A DNA stretch of 63,833 nucleotides, counting the filler, from Stramenopiles sp. TOSAG23-3 (lineage: Eukaryota): the NCBI GenBank assembly GCA_900128585.1. It is 27 parts of 27 records of this genome, joined end to end, with 100 filler letters (N's around TTAATTAATTAA, not from the genome) between each part and the next. Parts side by side here need not be neighbours in the genome. Positions count along the whole stretch, not along the records: positions 44,652 to 46,160 come from LT645746.1; positions 46,261 to 47,768 come from LT645747.1; positions 47,869 to 49,376 come from LT645748.1; positions 49,477 to 50,984 come from LT645749.1; positions 51,085 to 52,591 come from LT645750.1; positions 52,692 to 54,198 come from LT645751.1; positions 54,299 to 55,805 come from LT645752.1; positions 55,906 to 57,412 come from LT645753.1; 19 more parts are not named here. One strand, 5' to 3'. The notes under the pieces were generated by a model. That model searched no databases and was not told where the DNA came from. It saw only the letters and a program-made list of their open reading frames with translations. A program made the position numbers and the translations under genes. The first letter of the stretch is position 1. Every line of letters begins with the position of its first letter. Shown here piece after piece: positions 44,653 to 56,757 of this stretch.

Positions 44653-45120
44653 AACAATACTAATTTTATATGGTGCGGAGCAAACAATCCTTTATGCTCT
44701 TATGACAACCAAACTCAACGATTTAATTTCTCCAACCTACAAACAAATGTTTTTTTTGCCCAGATAGACGCTCCAGCAACTAGTTTTTCTGATGGGGTAG
44801 ATGCCGGTGTTCAATGTGCTAGAATTAATGTAGCGTTTGATGAAGATAAAGACATTCACACTCACAATAATAATGTAACAGCAGCAGCAAATTACTCGCA
44901 AAAAAATACAGGAATTCAAGACAGGCAATCAGGTATTTTCATTCATAAAGTCTGGCTGCCACCCATGAATTGGAAAAAACCTAGCAACATAAACTTAAAT
45001 AATTACACTAGTAATGAAAGTATGACCAAAACTAGTCAAAATCATTACGAAATTGTAAAGGATTTAATAGAAGCAGACGAAGATAATTATGCCGGTTGTT
45101 TATTGGATAAGATGGGATAC
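44653..45120 (+). CDS. Fragment resembling a PLV/virophage minor capsid (penton-type) protein, in frame with the ATPase
   Basis: Frame open from the contig edge: IWCGANNPLCSYDNQTQRFNFSNLQT, IQDRQSGIFI, CLLDKMGY. These motifs are recalled from PLV minor capsid proteins, not verified by search. Confidence 0.45.
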
Positions 45121-45630
45121 AACATGGAAATAAAAAAAAGTAAGCAGCATCGGGAACTACCTGAAAGTATCCCTGATGTGTATAAAGGTCAATTATTATT
45201 AGTTGTTGGGGCAATAAGAAGTGGCAAATCAACATTGTTAAACTCTCTACTTCTTCGTAAGAGTTTTTACAACGATTTATTTGATAGTATGACTATATGT
45301 AGCCCTACAATAAAAAATGACCAAACTTCACGGTTTTTGTATGAAAAATATAAAGGAAGTTGTTTTACACATTATGAAGATGAAATAGTGGATAATGTAG
45401 TCGCAAAACAACTTGAAAAGATACAAAACAAAGAACCAACTAGTTATTGTATGGTTTTGGATGATTTCTTAGGTCAAACAAGTAAAACAGGAAGGAAAAA
45501 TAACAAGATTTCATTTCATGCGTGTCGTTTTAGACACTATGTTGAACCTGGCGACCCGTGTATGATTATATTGTCCACACAAAAATTTAAAGAATTATCC
45601 CCATTAATTCGGGCAAACAGTGAATTATAG
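45121..45630 (+). CDS. A32-like viral DNA packaging ATPase, C-terminally truncated
   Basis: Walker A LVVGAIRSGKS, ICSPTIKND, Walker B MVLDDFLG, RFRHY, STQKFKELSPLIRAN (A32 arginine-finger motif). Confidence 0.88.
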   Translation, partial: NMEIKKSKQHRELPESIPDVYKGQLLLVVGAIRSGKSTLLNSLLLRKSFYNDLFDSMTICSPTIKNDQTSRFLYEKYKGSCFTHYEDEIVDNVVAKQLEKIQNKEPTSYCMVLDDFLGQTSKTGRKNNKISFHACRFRHYVEPGDPCMIILSTQKFKELSPLIRANSEL

Positions 45631-45786
45631 CAGGTGCGAGCAACTTACAATCTTTTGCTGTAATATTTTTGTTCCTAAAATCCAGTTCGCCACATTCGCA
45701 CCAATTATTTTTTTCAACTTTTTCCAGTCAATTTTCGGCTGCTCAATTTTCCTTTTTTTTCGTGGTCGGGAGCTGCTGCTGGACAT
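45620..45786 (-). pseudogene. Frameshifted 5' fragment of an RI-like LRR gene paralogous to 59120-60624
   Basis: Minus strand gives MSSSSSRPRKKRKIEQPKIDWKKLKKIIG and, in another frame, GELDFRNKNITAKDCKLLAPAII, versus DWDAVEKVVG...GTLDICEKQITDEGCKILAPALI at 60045-60186. Confidence 0.7.
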
Positions 45787-46791
45787 AGTAGTCAATTTAA
45801 AGTTGGTTTTGGTGTTTGGCGAAAATTAAATGTTGTTTAAAATATGCGATGGTAGATGTGTTCTTTTATCCGTGGTTTCTAATATATTTTGTTGAATATA
45901 CGGCTCGTTATTTGTTTCGTTTTCTTTCTGTGCGTTTGTGTGCGATATTCCGGGTGGTTCATTCAATTTTATTATCTATGTTCATCAAAAATAATAATTA
46001 TTTTTTAAGAGTTGGAGTTGGATTAAAGATTTTATTTTTGAGCATACGTAATGCTGTGTCGCACTATTTACATTATTCCTAAGCATTCCTAACAGTAATC
46101 GCCTGTTAAATATGCTCGCGTATTATCTCGCTACTTATTGTTATTCTATATATATTATTTNNNNNNNNNNNNNNNNNNNNNNNNNNNNNNNNNNNNNNNN
46201 NNNNTTAATTAATTAANNNNNNNNNNNNNNNNNNNNNNNNNNNNNNNNNNNNNNNNNNNNCCACCCACCCAGATTCCAGATCCCATGCCTTACTTGATGG
46301 TGTATATAAGAGTCATTGAGTAATTTTGTTCCATCAACCAACAAAAACAAAATGTATATAATAAATTTCGGTAATTTTTATAAATCCTTTGATTAAAATC
46401 TCTCGAATGTGCCTTCTCCAGGTTGGCTTAGCATGGACATACCATTACATCCACTTTTACTAAATTATGTGAAATTTATTGATAATTCTTGTGATTTCAT
46501 GCAATGGTATTTATATGCTATTTTACAAAACATATACATCTAACATCTAAATAAATAGTGTACATACATATAATGTTTATGGAGAGAAACAACAAAAAAA
46601 CAAAACAATTATTGAAACTATTTCATACATTGATATATTGAAAACATATATATAACGCATTTCATTAAATATCTTGCACCTTGTTATATATACTTTACGA
46701 AATATTTGTATTTATCAAAAGAATATTGGAGATTTAACAACAAATCGTTAAGCGTAAAATTGAAAAAACGGAAAACAAAAACTATTTAATT

Positions 46792-47768
46792 ATGTTTATC
46801 AAAAAACAAATAAGTTTTGTACATTTATTGTTATTATCCACACATTGTATATCAGTGTCTACGTCACTTGAAGATTTTACTTGTGAACCTGGTCATGGTA
46901 TGATTGGAACAGATATTCGTACATCTGGTTCACAATGTAGTGGTGTATCTAAAATAACAACAGCAGCAGAATGTGAATTAGCAGCTGAATATAATAGTAA
47001 GAATAATATTGATAAAAATGTAGGATATAAAGGCCGATGGAGTGTGTCGAGGGCTCCACCTGGATGTATTTATAGTGGGGGTAATAATAAATATTTTTGG
47101 AATGACAACACAAAATCAACAATAAAATGTAGTAATTATGATAAATGTATATGCAAACCAAAAACATGTATCAAATGCCCAATCAATACATATAGTAAAG
47201 GTGGTATCAATCCAACATGTACACCATGTCCAAGTCATGCACCATATACAGCTACAAATATAAATATATTTACTTCTATTGATGTATGTTCAGTTGAAAA
47301 GGATGACACATATTGTGATGCTGGTTTTGGTATGTATACAGAGAAAAAAACAATACGTAGTTCTGGCCATTGTATTAATAAAATAATAACAGAAGCAGAA
47401 TGTGAATTAGCAGCTGAATATAATAGGAAGAATAATATTGATAAAAATGTAGGATATAAAGGCCGATGGAGTTATGGTCCACCTGGATGTAGTTATTATA
47501 AGAGTATTAGTTATAGTAATATATATTATTGGAATGACGACACAGAATCAACAAGAGAATGTAGTAATAGGTATAAATGTGTATGCAGTCATAAACCATC
47601 ATGTGCAAAATGCCTACCCAATACATACAAAGCAGCTGGCGTGGGTGCTTGTAAAGAATGTCACAAACCAGACATAACAAACGCTGCCCGTAGTGAATGT
47701 TACAATCCAAAAAGTGAAAAATTATTTAATTCACACAGTAAATTAATTGGACAAATAACAAAAACATT
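46792..47768 (+). CDS. Secreted/surface cysteine-rich repeat protein, 3'-partial
   Basis: Signal peptide; duplicated module ECELAAEYNxKNNIDKNVGYKGRWS..PPGCxY..YxWNDxTxST..CSN..KCxC, each followed by a GCC2/GCC3-like CxxCPxNTY unit. Confidence 0.85.
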
Positions 47769-47868
47769 NNNNNNNNNNNNNNNNNNNNNNNNNNNNNNNN
47801 NNNNNNNNNNNNTTAATTAATTAANNNNNNNNNNNNNNNNNNNNNNNNNNNNNNNNNNNNNNNNNNNN

Positions 47869-49376
47869 GTCAGCAAACATTTTTCCACGGCATTGCCGCG
47901 CCCAGGTTTGCAACCGATAACGATAGGGAAAATAGACTGGTCGCCGTTCCGCACGTTGCAACGGCGGCAACTTTTGGATTTGTCCGTCATGCTTGCGGTG
48001 ACGGTGCTCTACGAAGTCCCGGACAATGTCCTGCTGGAAGCGCTGACAATGCTGCTGAAGGTGGACGTTGACATGAAACACATAGAATCGCTCGCGGCCT
48101 TACCGCGTTACGGACGGATGGTTATGGCGCACCACGTGAAAAATATTTTGAGGCAGTACGTAGAGGACAAGAACCCCGCGTACGTTCTTAATTTCATTGA
48201 GAAAGAGTTGTACAATGCGCTTCCGGAGTGGACGTCCCGATTGAATAAGGAGCGGGACACCGCGATCCAGCCCATCGACGAGGACGAACGGATTGGGCAG
48301 GAGCACCTGTCCCGCCATGCTGTAATCCTTTTTTCAAGGTCCCCAGCATTTCCCTCGCTCGTGCGGGGGCGCGATACGTCCCTCAGCGCGCACGAGAAGC
48401 GCGTCTACGAGAGGCTTGTCCCTCTGCTGACCGTGGCGGGGATGACCAACGAGGACCTGCACACCGAAGTGGACGAAAACTTGTGGAAGAAGAGAGTAGA
48501 GAACCCTTCAAGGCATTACTCACGCCCGTGGGAGCTTGGCGACGGGGCCGCTGTTGACGTGGAAGGAGATCAAGAGGCTAATGGGGCGTCCCCGCCTATG
48601 AGTCCGCCGTACGGCGGATTCAACAGCGACGAGGAAAATGATTTTGCATTTTTGGCGCAAAGTGGAGACGAGCACGAGACTTTGGTTGGGACCCCGGGGT
48701 GGACGCCCCGCTCGGCGAGGATGAACACCGCGCCACTGTCGGTTGGGGCGAATAGGATCATGACGGCGGGGTCAGAAGGCATGGGGGAGGGAATGGAGGC
48801 CGGTTCGATGTTTTACAAAGGCATTCGAATCCCGAAAGTAAACGAACGGGTGGAGATGGCCACGCAGCTGCTGGGTCGAATTTATCCCCAGATCGTCGAG
48901 GTCTTTGACTTTGGAAACGTTATCAAGCTGGAGTCGTTCCCGGGAGCGACTCGCACCACCCAGTGGCTCATGCACCGCGACATATTTTGGAACCCAAAAG
49001 GGTACTGGCGGCATGGGTCGGGCGTGAGTTTTTCTGCCGACCTGGCCGCAGGTGCGCGCCTGAGCGCGGCCACTCGGCTGCATCGCGTCAACAAGGGGCT
49101 GACCAAGAGTGGGCTTTTGGCGAGCGAAGGAGTGGCCAACAGGGCCCTGCCGGAGGCACTTGCGAAACTGGTGCTGGAGACGCCCAGCGCCCCGGGCCAC
49201 GAGGCGAAGCCGCTAAAGATTTTTGCCAACAACAAGACCTGGGACCCCAACTTTGTAGTTGCCCCTCCAAAGATGGTTCAGGCGCAGAACATGTACGCTC
49301 GGGCGATGGGGGCCCCCGGCGACTGGGACCCGATCCAGACGTTGCCGTTTATTGTAAAAGACTCGAGCGAAAGCCT
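47869..49376 (+). CDS. Hypothetical protein, internal fragment of about 500 aa
   Basis: Frame open across the GC-rich contig; no family recognised. Confidence 0.7.
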
Positions 49377-51128
49377 NNNNNNNNNNNNNNNNNNNNNNNN
49401 NNNNNNNNNNNNNNNNNNNNTTAATTAATTAANNNNNNNNNNNNNNNNNNNNNNNNNNNNNNNNNNNNNNNNNNNNAGGGTCTAAACTTATGCAATTAGG
49501 CGTCGTCGTTGCTTTCATTTGTCATTTTTTCTCAGCGAAATTTGCTTTTCGCGAGGGCCGCTTCCGGCGTGTTTTGCAGGCTTTGAAAAGAAGCAGGGCG
49601 CATCGAACCGCGTGCTGTGGCAGGACGCAGACAATAAAAACTCGAAGATTTTCTCTCGCTCGGATATGATGTACGTCATCATGTTCCCCGACGATGCGTC
49701 TAGGGAGAAATGGCGCACCGCCCTTGGGAACCAGCTTGCAAAGATGGGCACAGACAGTAAGAAGAAGTCTTAAACGGGCCGTAATATTAATCAATTAACG
49801 TTTTGAACGATTATAAATTATAATAAGAGTACACTTATTTTAGGAAGATACCGGTACGATTAAACATGAACATTTTTGTTCTCAACATGAATGATGTCCT
49901 TTTTCGCTTTTTCCTTCTTCTGTGGTGTTGTAAATTAAAAAAATAAAAACACGACCGTCGTTGTTTTTCTTTGAGTAAAATTCAATGATAGACACCTGTT
50001 CAATAAAGTGTTCAGTGTCCTTGGCGCGAAAAAAAATCTGACTCGAATTTCAAAGTATGGAAGTGCTCTGAGAAAAAATGACAAATGAAAGCAACGACGA
50101 CGCCTAATTGCATAAGTTTAGACCCTGCAATTGTTTCGCCCACGATACTCGGTCCCCAACGAACGTTTATAAATTGTTCGCCCTCTAATGACTTGGAATT
50201 ACGGTTCCTAGGGACAATTTTGTATGAAATGGGCGATTTGGACCAAGTGCCAGCCGAACAATCACTTATTTATTTTTAGCATCGGGAAAAACGAATCGTA
50301 GGAGCACAATTTTGTATATCTAAGACCACTTTTGACGCTTTAAAATTGTAAAAATTAAACTGTTTTCAGAAAGATCTCTTCATTTCAAATGGTTAACACT
50401 AACTCCTTTACCACTTTTCAATTCCGCGCCGAAGATAAAATACAATTGATACTTTTTTTACAACATCCCCCTGTAATATTAAAAATTATACATTTACACA
50501 GCATCTTGATAATAATGTAATATTTATATTATTATATATAGACACAGCATTGTTTTATTCGTCCTTCTCATCCGTCGCGTCAAATCCTCATATACGCTAA
50601 AAAACGACAGAGAGACTTATAATAAAAACACATTATTTATTGTTACGAATATGGGGCGGGCGTACGCGAATAATATTTCTCTATAAAATAAATAGATAAT
50701 AACATCGAAAAACGTTTGTTGTTGTTTTTTGTTTGCTGACTCTTGAAGAATCGCAATTTTTTCCTCCTGTTTACAAAAGTTCAAAAGTAAGAGCTCTGTA
50801 CTTTTCACCACCACCGGACAATGTGGCAGATTCGTTTGAAATTTTTTTGATGCGGCATTTCGGGTTCGACTGTTTCACGAATGCTAGGACATCTTCACTC
50901 ACCCCGTAATCTTTTTTTACCGGACCCACCAACGTGAACCTTACGACGTGCTGGCTGCGCGACAGAATGGTTAGCAACGCTTCCNNNNNNNNNNNNNNNN
51001 NNNNNNNNNNNNNNNNNNNNNNNNNNNNTTAATTAATTAANNNNNNNNNNNNNNNNNNNNNNNNNNNNNNNNNNNNNNNNNNNNGATGTGTTTTCCCGAA
51101 GCTTCATTTGCTACATATTCACAAAACT

Positions 51129-52539
51129 GAAAAATAAAACTGAATTGAGTAAGAAACATGGCAATCATAAAAAAGGTAATAAACAGGTAAAAAAACATGT
51201 AGCACAAAAAAGAAATGAAACTCCAAATAGCGGAGCAATTCGTAGTTTTTTCCTTGCTAATAAAAGTGAAGATGATAATGAACTTGATGGAATATTACAC
51301 GATAAAAAAAAATTAAAAACATTGTGGAACAGTCTTGATTATAATGGAAATGATATTTGTTCACTTGCGGAAATAGATAAATTCATAATATCTGTTCCAG
51401 GATTCAAACGTTTTAATAATAAACCTGCTCTAATTCGTGCATATGAATATACATTATCAAAAGGTAACGGTGGAGAGGGAGTTGATTGGATTCATAAGCA
51501 TGACTTTTCGTCACTTTTGAAAAACATTTATTACTTTAATAAGCTATGGAATGAATTTGAAGCAATAGATACTGACCATGATCATCGCATTAATATATCA
51601 GAATTTAAAATTGGGATGAGAAAACTTGGCGCATATTTATCTGATGAAGAAGTTAAAGTTGAGTTTAACGCTATGGATCGTAACAGTGGAGGTGAAATTT
51701 TATTTGATGAGTTTTGTGAATATGTAGCAAATGAAGCTTCGGGAAAACACATTGTACGACGGCTAGAAAAAAATAAGAAGAATACAAATACATTGAAGAA
51801 GAAAGACAACAAGAGTAAGGTTCGGGTAGAGCATAAAAATGGTAATGTGAAAACAAATCTTGATCACAGTTTCATATCTGGAGTTGAGGTTGAACGCAGT
51901 GACATCACTAACTGTATTCAGCATATAAATAGGGCAACTGATGATTGGAAATTTAAAATTGAGCAGATACAAAAGTTGACACATTTTGTGAAGCGAAGTG
52001 AAGAACATCCAGAATTGTGGACAAAAAAAATATTAGTTCGTGTTATCAGTCCTTTACTAATTTCACAAGTACGCGATCTACGTTCAACTGTAGTACGCGC
52101 CACATGTGATTTGATAAATGCAATTATGGAAATTCTAAAGGCAAAAGCACGATTTATACTTCGAGAACTGTTTCCAGTAATATTTGATATTGTAGGGAGT
52201 GGTAACTCTGTAATTGCGGACTATGCGCGAAATTCGTGTGTTTCTGTAGTAAAGCATGTACATGCTACAATAACATTACTCTGCATTTCAAATATGGCAA
52301 CATCATCTAAAAATTGTTCAATTCGTCTTCAAGCGATAGAATTATTTCATATTGTAATTAATACATGGGAATATTCAAAGATCAATTCTCAGGCACAACT
52401 TTTACAAAATACATTACAGGTAGCACTTGATGACGTATCTGGTGAAGTTCGTAAAAAAGCAAGACGATATTTTGTAAAGTACAGCAATCTTTTCCCTCAA
52501 AGAGCTGATAATATATGTACGTTTTATATGAATTTCTAA
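51129..52539 (+). CDS. Flagellar calcium-binding (calflagin-like) EF-hand domain fused to a CLASP N-terminal TOG domain
   Basis: DYNGNDICSLAEID...NKPALIRAY...YFNKLWNEFEAIDTDHDHRINISEF; then DWKFKIEQIQKL...QVRDLRSTVVRATC...DDVSGEVRKKAR. Confidence 0.8.
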
Positions 52540-52691
52540 TTTAATTTTTTTTCATACGGAATTTCGTCCCTAACGATTTTAATTTTTGAAANNNNNNNNN
52601 NNNNNNNNNNNNNNNNNNNNNNNNNNNNNNNNNNNTTAATTAATTAANNNNNNNNNNNNNNNNNNNNNNNNNNNNNNNNNNNNNNNNNNNN

Positions 52692-54100
52692 GGCTCGCGT
52701 TTGTTGTTACCACTCGACCCGAAGTAAACCTCATGGAAAAATTTGAACGGGCAAATCTTTTCCCCAAAAAATTGGTCGCCCAAGATCGGAGAAACGTGGA
52801 CGATGTAAGCACCTTTTTGAGAGATGTACTGAACGGAAAACTCTCGAACAGCGCCGATTTGGAAGAAGCGGTAAAGATATTAGGAGGCAAAGCCGAAGGA
52901 CTCTTCCTGTACGCGCACCATGCTGTCACTGACCTGTTGCTAAATGAGGGAACGGTGGCGTTAGAAGATTTGAAAGCGTTTCCAAAGGGGATTGAAGAGT
53001 TTTACAGTGAACAATTCAAGCGTATCTTTGAAGGGGAAACGAAAATTAAGCGATCTTCTACGTTATGGAAGATTGTTGAATGTATTGTCGTTGCTGAGGA
53101 ACCGTTGCCATTGAGCGTCTTGGGGGCAATGGTTGAATTGAAAGAGGATGAATGGCTCGATGAATTTGTTCAAGGGCGTCTCTCTTCGTTATTTCCCACC
53201 ATCAATGAGACGGTTCGGGTGAATCACCAAAGCGTGGTCGATTGGTTGACGGACGAAAAGCGGAGGCGAAAACGGTTGTTTGTCGATGTAAAGAATGTCC
53301 ACAAACGCATGGGGGAATCGTGTCGAAGGATATGGGAACGGAAGAACAGCGCGAAGGACGGTTTTGAGTATGCTATGCGGTATTGTGTGGCTCATTTTTG
53401 CAAGGGTGGCAATGAGAAAGAAGCGCGAGAGGTCATGTTTACGTTTGACTGGTTGCTGGACCGTGCAATGTTAGGCCCTATTCATGCGTTGGTACTTGAT
53501 GGAAATCGTATTTTAAACAGAAAAGACAAAGCGTTTGAACTTTTGCACAGCGCCATCAAATTGTCAGTGCATGTGTTACAAAAGGATCCTAGTCAGCTGG
53601 GCGTACAAGTAATCAGTCGGTTGTTGACCCATTTGCATCATCCTGAGATAAAACAATTGGTGGAAACAATACGTAGTATGGAGGGCTGGTATCCCATGTG
53701 GCCAACCATGGAGCAAGCAGGTGGGCCATGTTTGGTTACCTTGGGGGGGCATTCTGTTAGTGTAACTTCCCTCGCGATACATGGAGAGAACATCATCAGC
53801 GGTTCATATGACAATACCATAAAAATATGGAATCGAGAGGGTGAATGTCTGAAAACGTTAGAGGGACATTCTGGGTATGTATCTTCCCTCGCGATACATG
53901 GAGAGAACATCATCAGCGGTTCAGGGGACAATACCATAAAAATATGGAATCGAGAGGGTGAATGTCTGAAAACGTTAAAGGGACATTCTAAGGCTGTATC
54001 TTCCCTCGCGATACATGGAGAGAACTTCATAAGCGGTTCACGGGACAATACCATGCAAGAGTGGCGTTACTTTTATACTGCTGATGGTAATATGAGATAG
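52692..54100 (+). CDS. NACHT/STAND-WD40 (NWD/HET-E-like) protein, 5'-partial
   Basis: VVTTRP (sensor 1), KAEGLFLYA, FPKGIEEFY, HQSVVDWL, YAMRYCVAHF, followed by near-identical WD40 repeats. Confidence 0.85.
53737..54056 (+). repeat. 117-nt coding WD40 tandem repeat, about 2.7 units
   Basis: AAAATATGGAATCGAGAGGGTGAATGTCTGAAAACGTTA recurs at 117-nt spacing. Confidence 0.95.
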
Positions 54101-54298
54101 TTAAATTTTTACGGCAGTATTCCCTCCCCTGTTTTTTTGTACAATTTATATTATGCATATTTATTACTCGTAGATTTTTTTAAAGAAAGAAGAAGAGANN
54201 NNNNNNNNNNNNNNNNNNNNNNNNNNNNNNNNNNNNNNNNNNTTAATTAATTAANNNNNNNNNNNNNNNNNNNNNNNNNNNNNNNNNNNNNNNNNNNN

Positions 54299-55016
54299 CC
54301 ACGATTTTATTAACAGCGAGGTGGAGCCACGTGAGATTAACGAGCGTTGCCAGTGGTGCCACGTCCACGATTTGATTACTATAGAGGCGGAGCTCCGTGA
54401 GATTAACGAGCGTTGCCAGTGGTGCCACGTCCACGATTTTATTTCCATGGAGCGAGAGCCTCTTGAGATTAACGAGCGTTGCCAGGGGTGCCACGTCCAC
54501 GATTTGATTATTCCAGAGGCTGAGCCACTTGAGATTTACGAGCGTTGCCAGTGGTGCCACGTCCACGATTTGATTACCAGTGAGGTAGAGCTCCGTGAGA
54601 TGGACGAGCGATGCCAGTGACGTCACGTCCACGATTTGATTTTCACGGAGGTTGAGACACGTGAGATTAACGAGCGTTGCCAGTGGTCCCACGTCCACGA
54701 TTTTATTTCCACGGAGGTCGAGTTTGTTCACCTTCAGCAACTCCTTTCCCACCATCTCACGGAGCTCCTCCTTGGTGTTGTCCAGATCGAACAAACCAGG
54801 TTTGCTTTGTTTGCATGTCTCCACAAGCCTCTGGATCATAGCACCACGACCATACTGTGGAAACAAGCCAACGCACGCCTCCTCGCCCTCGCAATGAAAC
54901 ATCAACATCGCTTCTATCAACGTGTCGTTGGTTACGTTGACTGAAACATCCTTCACAGCAGCAGCAGCGCCAGAGCTTCCCCCCTGCATGCTTTCGTCAA
55001 CTCCGTCAACGGGCAT
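54299..55016 (-). CDS. Internalin/SDS22-like LRR protein with 66-nt near-identical repeats, 3'-partial
   Basis: LxxLxLxxNxIVDVAPLATLVN x7; the contig breaks inside the array. Confidence 0.92.
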
Positions 55017-55905
55017 GCGGACGAAGGGTAAAAAACATCTTTAAAATGCTTCGTTTTAAGAAAGTGTTAGGTTTACGAAACTGTCTTCGGAAACAGTTGT
55101 GTCTTAATCGGATACTTCATTCAATGGAACAATCTTTTCCGTCTTCCCGTGGTCCTTGCAATGGATGCTGTGCTGATGTTGTACCTTGGTAGTTGGGCGC
55201 GACTCATTTGGTAGTCTACTGAAATAATATATAGGGATTTCCCTTAAAAAAATAGATAATACCATGGTCCATCCATGTATGGAAAAAAATAAAAAAATAT
55301 TCCACTTTTTTAAATTTTTCATATACAACTACAACTTTTTAAGGATACTACACACCATTGTATTAAAAGATTGTAGTTGTATATTATGAAAAATGAAAAA
55401 AATACTACTACTTTTTTTCTTCTTCTTTTTTCTCCATTTTTTTATTGTTGGATTTATAATAATTTATAATATTTTATTTATTAATAGGTAGTACCAGGTA
55501 CCGGTACCGGTATATAGGTAGGAGGATCTTCTTTCTTTCTTCTTCTTCTTTCTTCTTCTTCTTCTTCTTCTTCTTCTTCTTCTTCTTCTTCTTCTTCTTT
55601 CTTTTTCTTCTTCTTCTTCTTTCTTCTTCTTTCTTCTTCTTTCTTCCTCTTCTTCTTCTTCTTTCTTCTTCTTCCTCCTCTTCTTCTTCTTTCTTCTTCT
55701 TGGACACAAATAAAAATAATCACATCCATCTCTCTAATACGAGGAATGTATTACATAATATAATAATACCATCCAGTATTAAAAGTATTAAGAAGGAGGC
55801 GGAGANNNNNNNNNNNNNNNNNNNNNNNNNNNNNNNNNNNNNNNNNNNNTTAATTAATTAANNNNNNNNNNNNNNNNNNNNNNNNNNNNNNNNNNNNNNN
55901 NNNNN

Positions 55906-56434
55906 TGTCCTTGTGGCCTACGCGAATTCGGAAGATGACCTACAAAAGAAGCCGTATTTTGGTGTTGACGGACTCCTACTAACGGTGAAAGGCGACTTGC
56001 ATCATGCCCATCGCCTAAGGAATATTCACCACCGTTTCACACGACTGGTGGAGCCGTACAAGAGCAAGCATCTGTGGTGGTACGTTCAAGAGCAGGTAAG
56101 TTTTTCCTTTTATAAATACATAAAAAACGAGTTTTAAGACTAACATTTCTGGATTCTTTTTCTTCAATAGTGCGAACAGACATGGAAAACCGCCAAGCCG
56201 GACGATCATCACACTGCGGCAACGGTGAATCTTCATGAGATGAAGCTTTGGTGCTGGGCAGGATATAAAGACGAGGATGTGACTGACTGGAGCCATCATC
56301 CGTGGGACGTTACGTTTATCCGCGATGCAGAAGCGTTAGGGAAAGCGCCGCATGCCTATTGGCACACACACAAGTTCGATACTTCGCAGCATCCACCAAG
56401 GCCCCTTCCAGAAGAAGCGAAAACGGAATTGTAA
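55906..56434 (+). CDS. 3' part of a hypothetical gene with intron 56096-56170
   Basis: CAG|GTAAGT...CAATAG|TGC joins the two ORF-track pieces in frame. Confidence 0.65.
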
Positions 56435-56757
56435 ACGCGCCCGTTTAAGCCGTGGGAGAAAATTTAGAGAGAAGCGATAGACATCATTTTTTAAGAATTT
56501 CTCTTGTTAAAATTCACATTTTTTGGAGTACCCTTTTGCTTTAGTTTGGGTGGGGTAACTTTTTTATAATAAAATCCAACGTGTTGGTAGGTTTTATTTT
56601 TAAAAATCGTTTTTATTTTATCATATCATATTAAAAACAAGAAAATTGGCTGTTATTTATATTAAGAGAGAGAATTCTTCTAAGTTTTTATCATTAAATT
56701 GCAGAAAAGTGAACGCGACTTCGAGGTTTATTTTCATATTTACAATTTTTGCTTTTG

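Noticed and set aside
49477-50984. Short ORFs including a possible HTH-like KYRALTF..EEKIAILQE
   Set aside because: Fragmented across frames and too short to assign.
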